DNA from: Eledone cirrhosa
Lineage: Eukaryota
NCBI GenBank assembly: GCA_964016885.1
Contig: OZ024740.1
Location: 234,980,001-235,044,000 of the forward strand
DNA length: 64,000 nucleotides
Direction: 5' to 3'
The notes under the pieces were generated by a model. The model saw only the letters and a program-made list of their open reading frames with translations, was not told the DNA's origin and made no database searches. Position numbers and translations under genes: made by a program. This document shows, piece after piece, positions 62,919 to 64,000 of the stretch; within the stretch, counting starts at the first letter, position 1; each line of letters begins with the position of its first letter.

Positions 62919-63168
62919 ATTTCCTTAGTTTCTTTTTTTTTTTCTTCCCTTTTTCTTTCTTCCTCTCTCTTCACTGTCACTTCTTTACCTCATGGTCTTT
63001 TGATGGATAAAAAGCCGTGGGCGCGCTACGGATCGATGTTCTGTTTTAAGCGCCGAAACATCTAAGATCCGTAGTAAACAGCTGACGAAGGGAAACTTTT
63101 CTCCTCTTGTTTACGTCCCGATTACCTTCTAACACTTCTCTTCAGTAACCACACAGCCTCGCCTCTTT

Positions 63169-63199
<31 letters not shown>

Positions 63200-63709
63200 A
63201 ACAAGAGAGATGAACACTAATATAAATGTACATGTGTTCGAATCGTAAGGACTAAAATTTGCTGGGGTGAAAAAATACTAACTACAGCAATATAGAATGT
63301 TATCCTTAACTTTAAATATTAAATTAAGAAAAATAACAGACCTATATTGGGCAAAAATGTCTAGTAACAACTAGACAGTATTGGAGACTGTTCCGCAACG
63401 ACTTATTAAGTGAAGTTTTCACGTTTCTCTGCTCCTCAGTAGTTGTTGAGAAATTAGTGATCCTTTCACTTCTAAAATTATTAGAGAATGAATTGTGTAC
63501 GATATGAATTATCGCACGTGTCATCCGGAACCCAGCTTGTCTCTTGTTTATTCAATTATATTGTACGGCTCGGAAAAGCTTTTTTCTTACAGCTATTTAA
63601 CTCAATATATATTTGTCGGCTCTATCATGTAGAGATAATTTTCAGCCAGGCTGCTATTTTTAGCTATTTAATTGTAAGGGTCTACCCTGAGTTCTTAACT
63701 CAATATATA

Positions 63710-63952
63710 TATATTGTTATGCTTTGGGAGGGTCATGTTGCCAATGAGAAACACAATCGTCTGGTTGTGGAACCAACCAAGCGGAAATTAATAAATTCCT
63801 AAATTTATAAATTTAATTTATAATAAATTGGAGTGAAAGCAACTGGTGCGTGTGTTTTTTATTGGCAACATGACCCTCCCAAAGTATAACAATATCGGTT
63901 TCAACACACATTTTCAGATAAAGAATCTTGTTAAACAAATTCAGAAACGAAA
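63710..63952 (-). repeat. Rearranged copy of the 45255-45450 repeat with internal inversion
   Basis: 63712-63763 is inverted relative to 63851-63894; (TA)n flanks. Confidence 0.75.
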
Positions 63953-64000
63953 TATATATATATATATATATATATATAACAAAAAGAAGTTATCGCTCTA

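Overview
Repeat-saturated, AT-rich eukaryotic (animal) non-genic DNA. The SINE families, microsatellite load and LINE content suggest a mollusc, probably a cephalopod (inference). I can support no host gene; every real protein-coding segment is transposon-derived. Contents: one near-full-length Tx1/L1-clade LINE (18626-24496) plus four related fragments, three RTE LINE remnants, two CR1-like 3' ends, two Penelope-like GIY-YIG remnants, an internally deleted Gypsy element, solo-LTR-like repeats, about 20 tRNA-derived SINE copies, hAT and Tc1/mariner MITEs, Helitron ends, and many micro/minisatellites. Most notable signals: (1) about a dozen type I hammerhead-ribozyme motifs from several sequence families, with covarying stems and palindromic helix III, located in Penelope-type terminal repeats, in fold-back inverted repeats and in a retrozyme-like tandem pair; (2) two Tx1 subfamilies that appear to target different microsatellites, (ATT)n versus (ATCT)n, and share two short 3'UTR motifs; (3) many long inverted duplications. 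All folds and alignments were done by eye.
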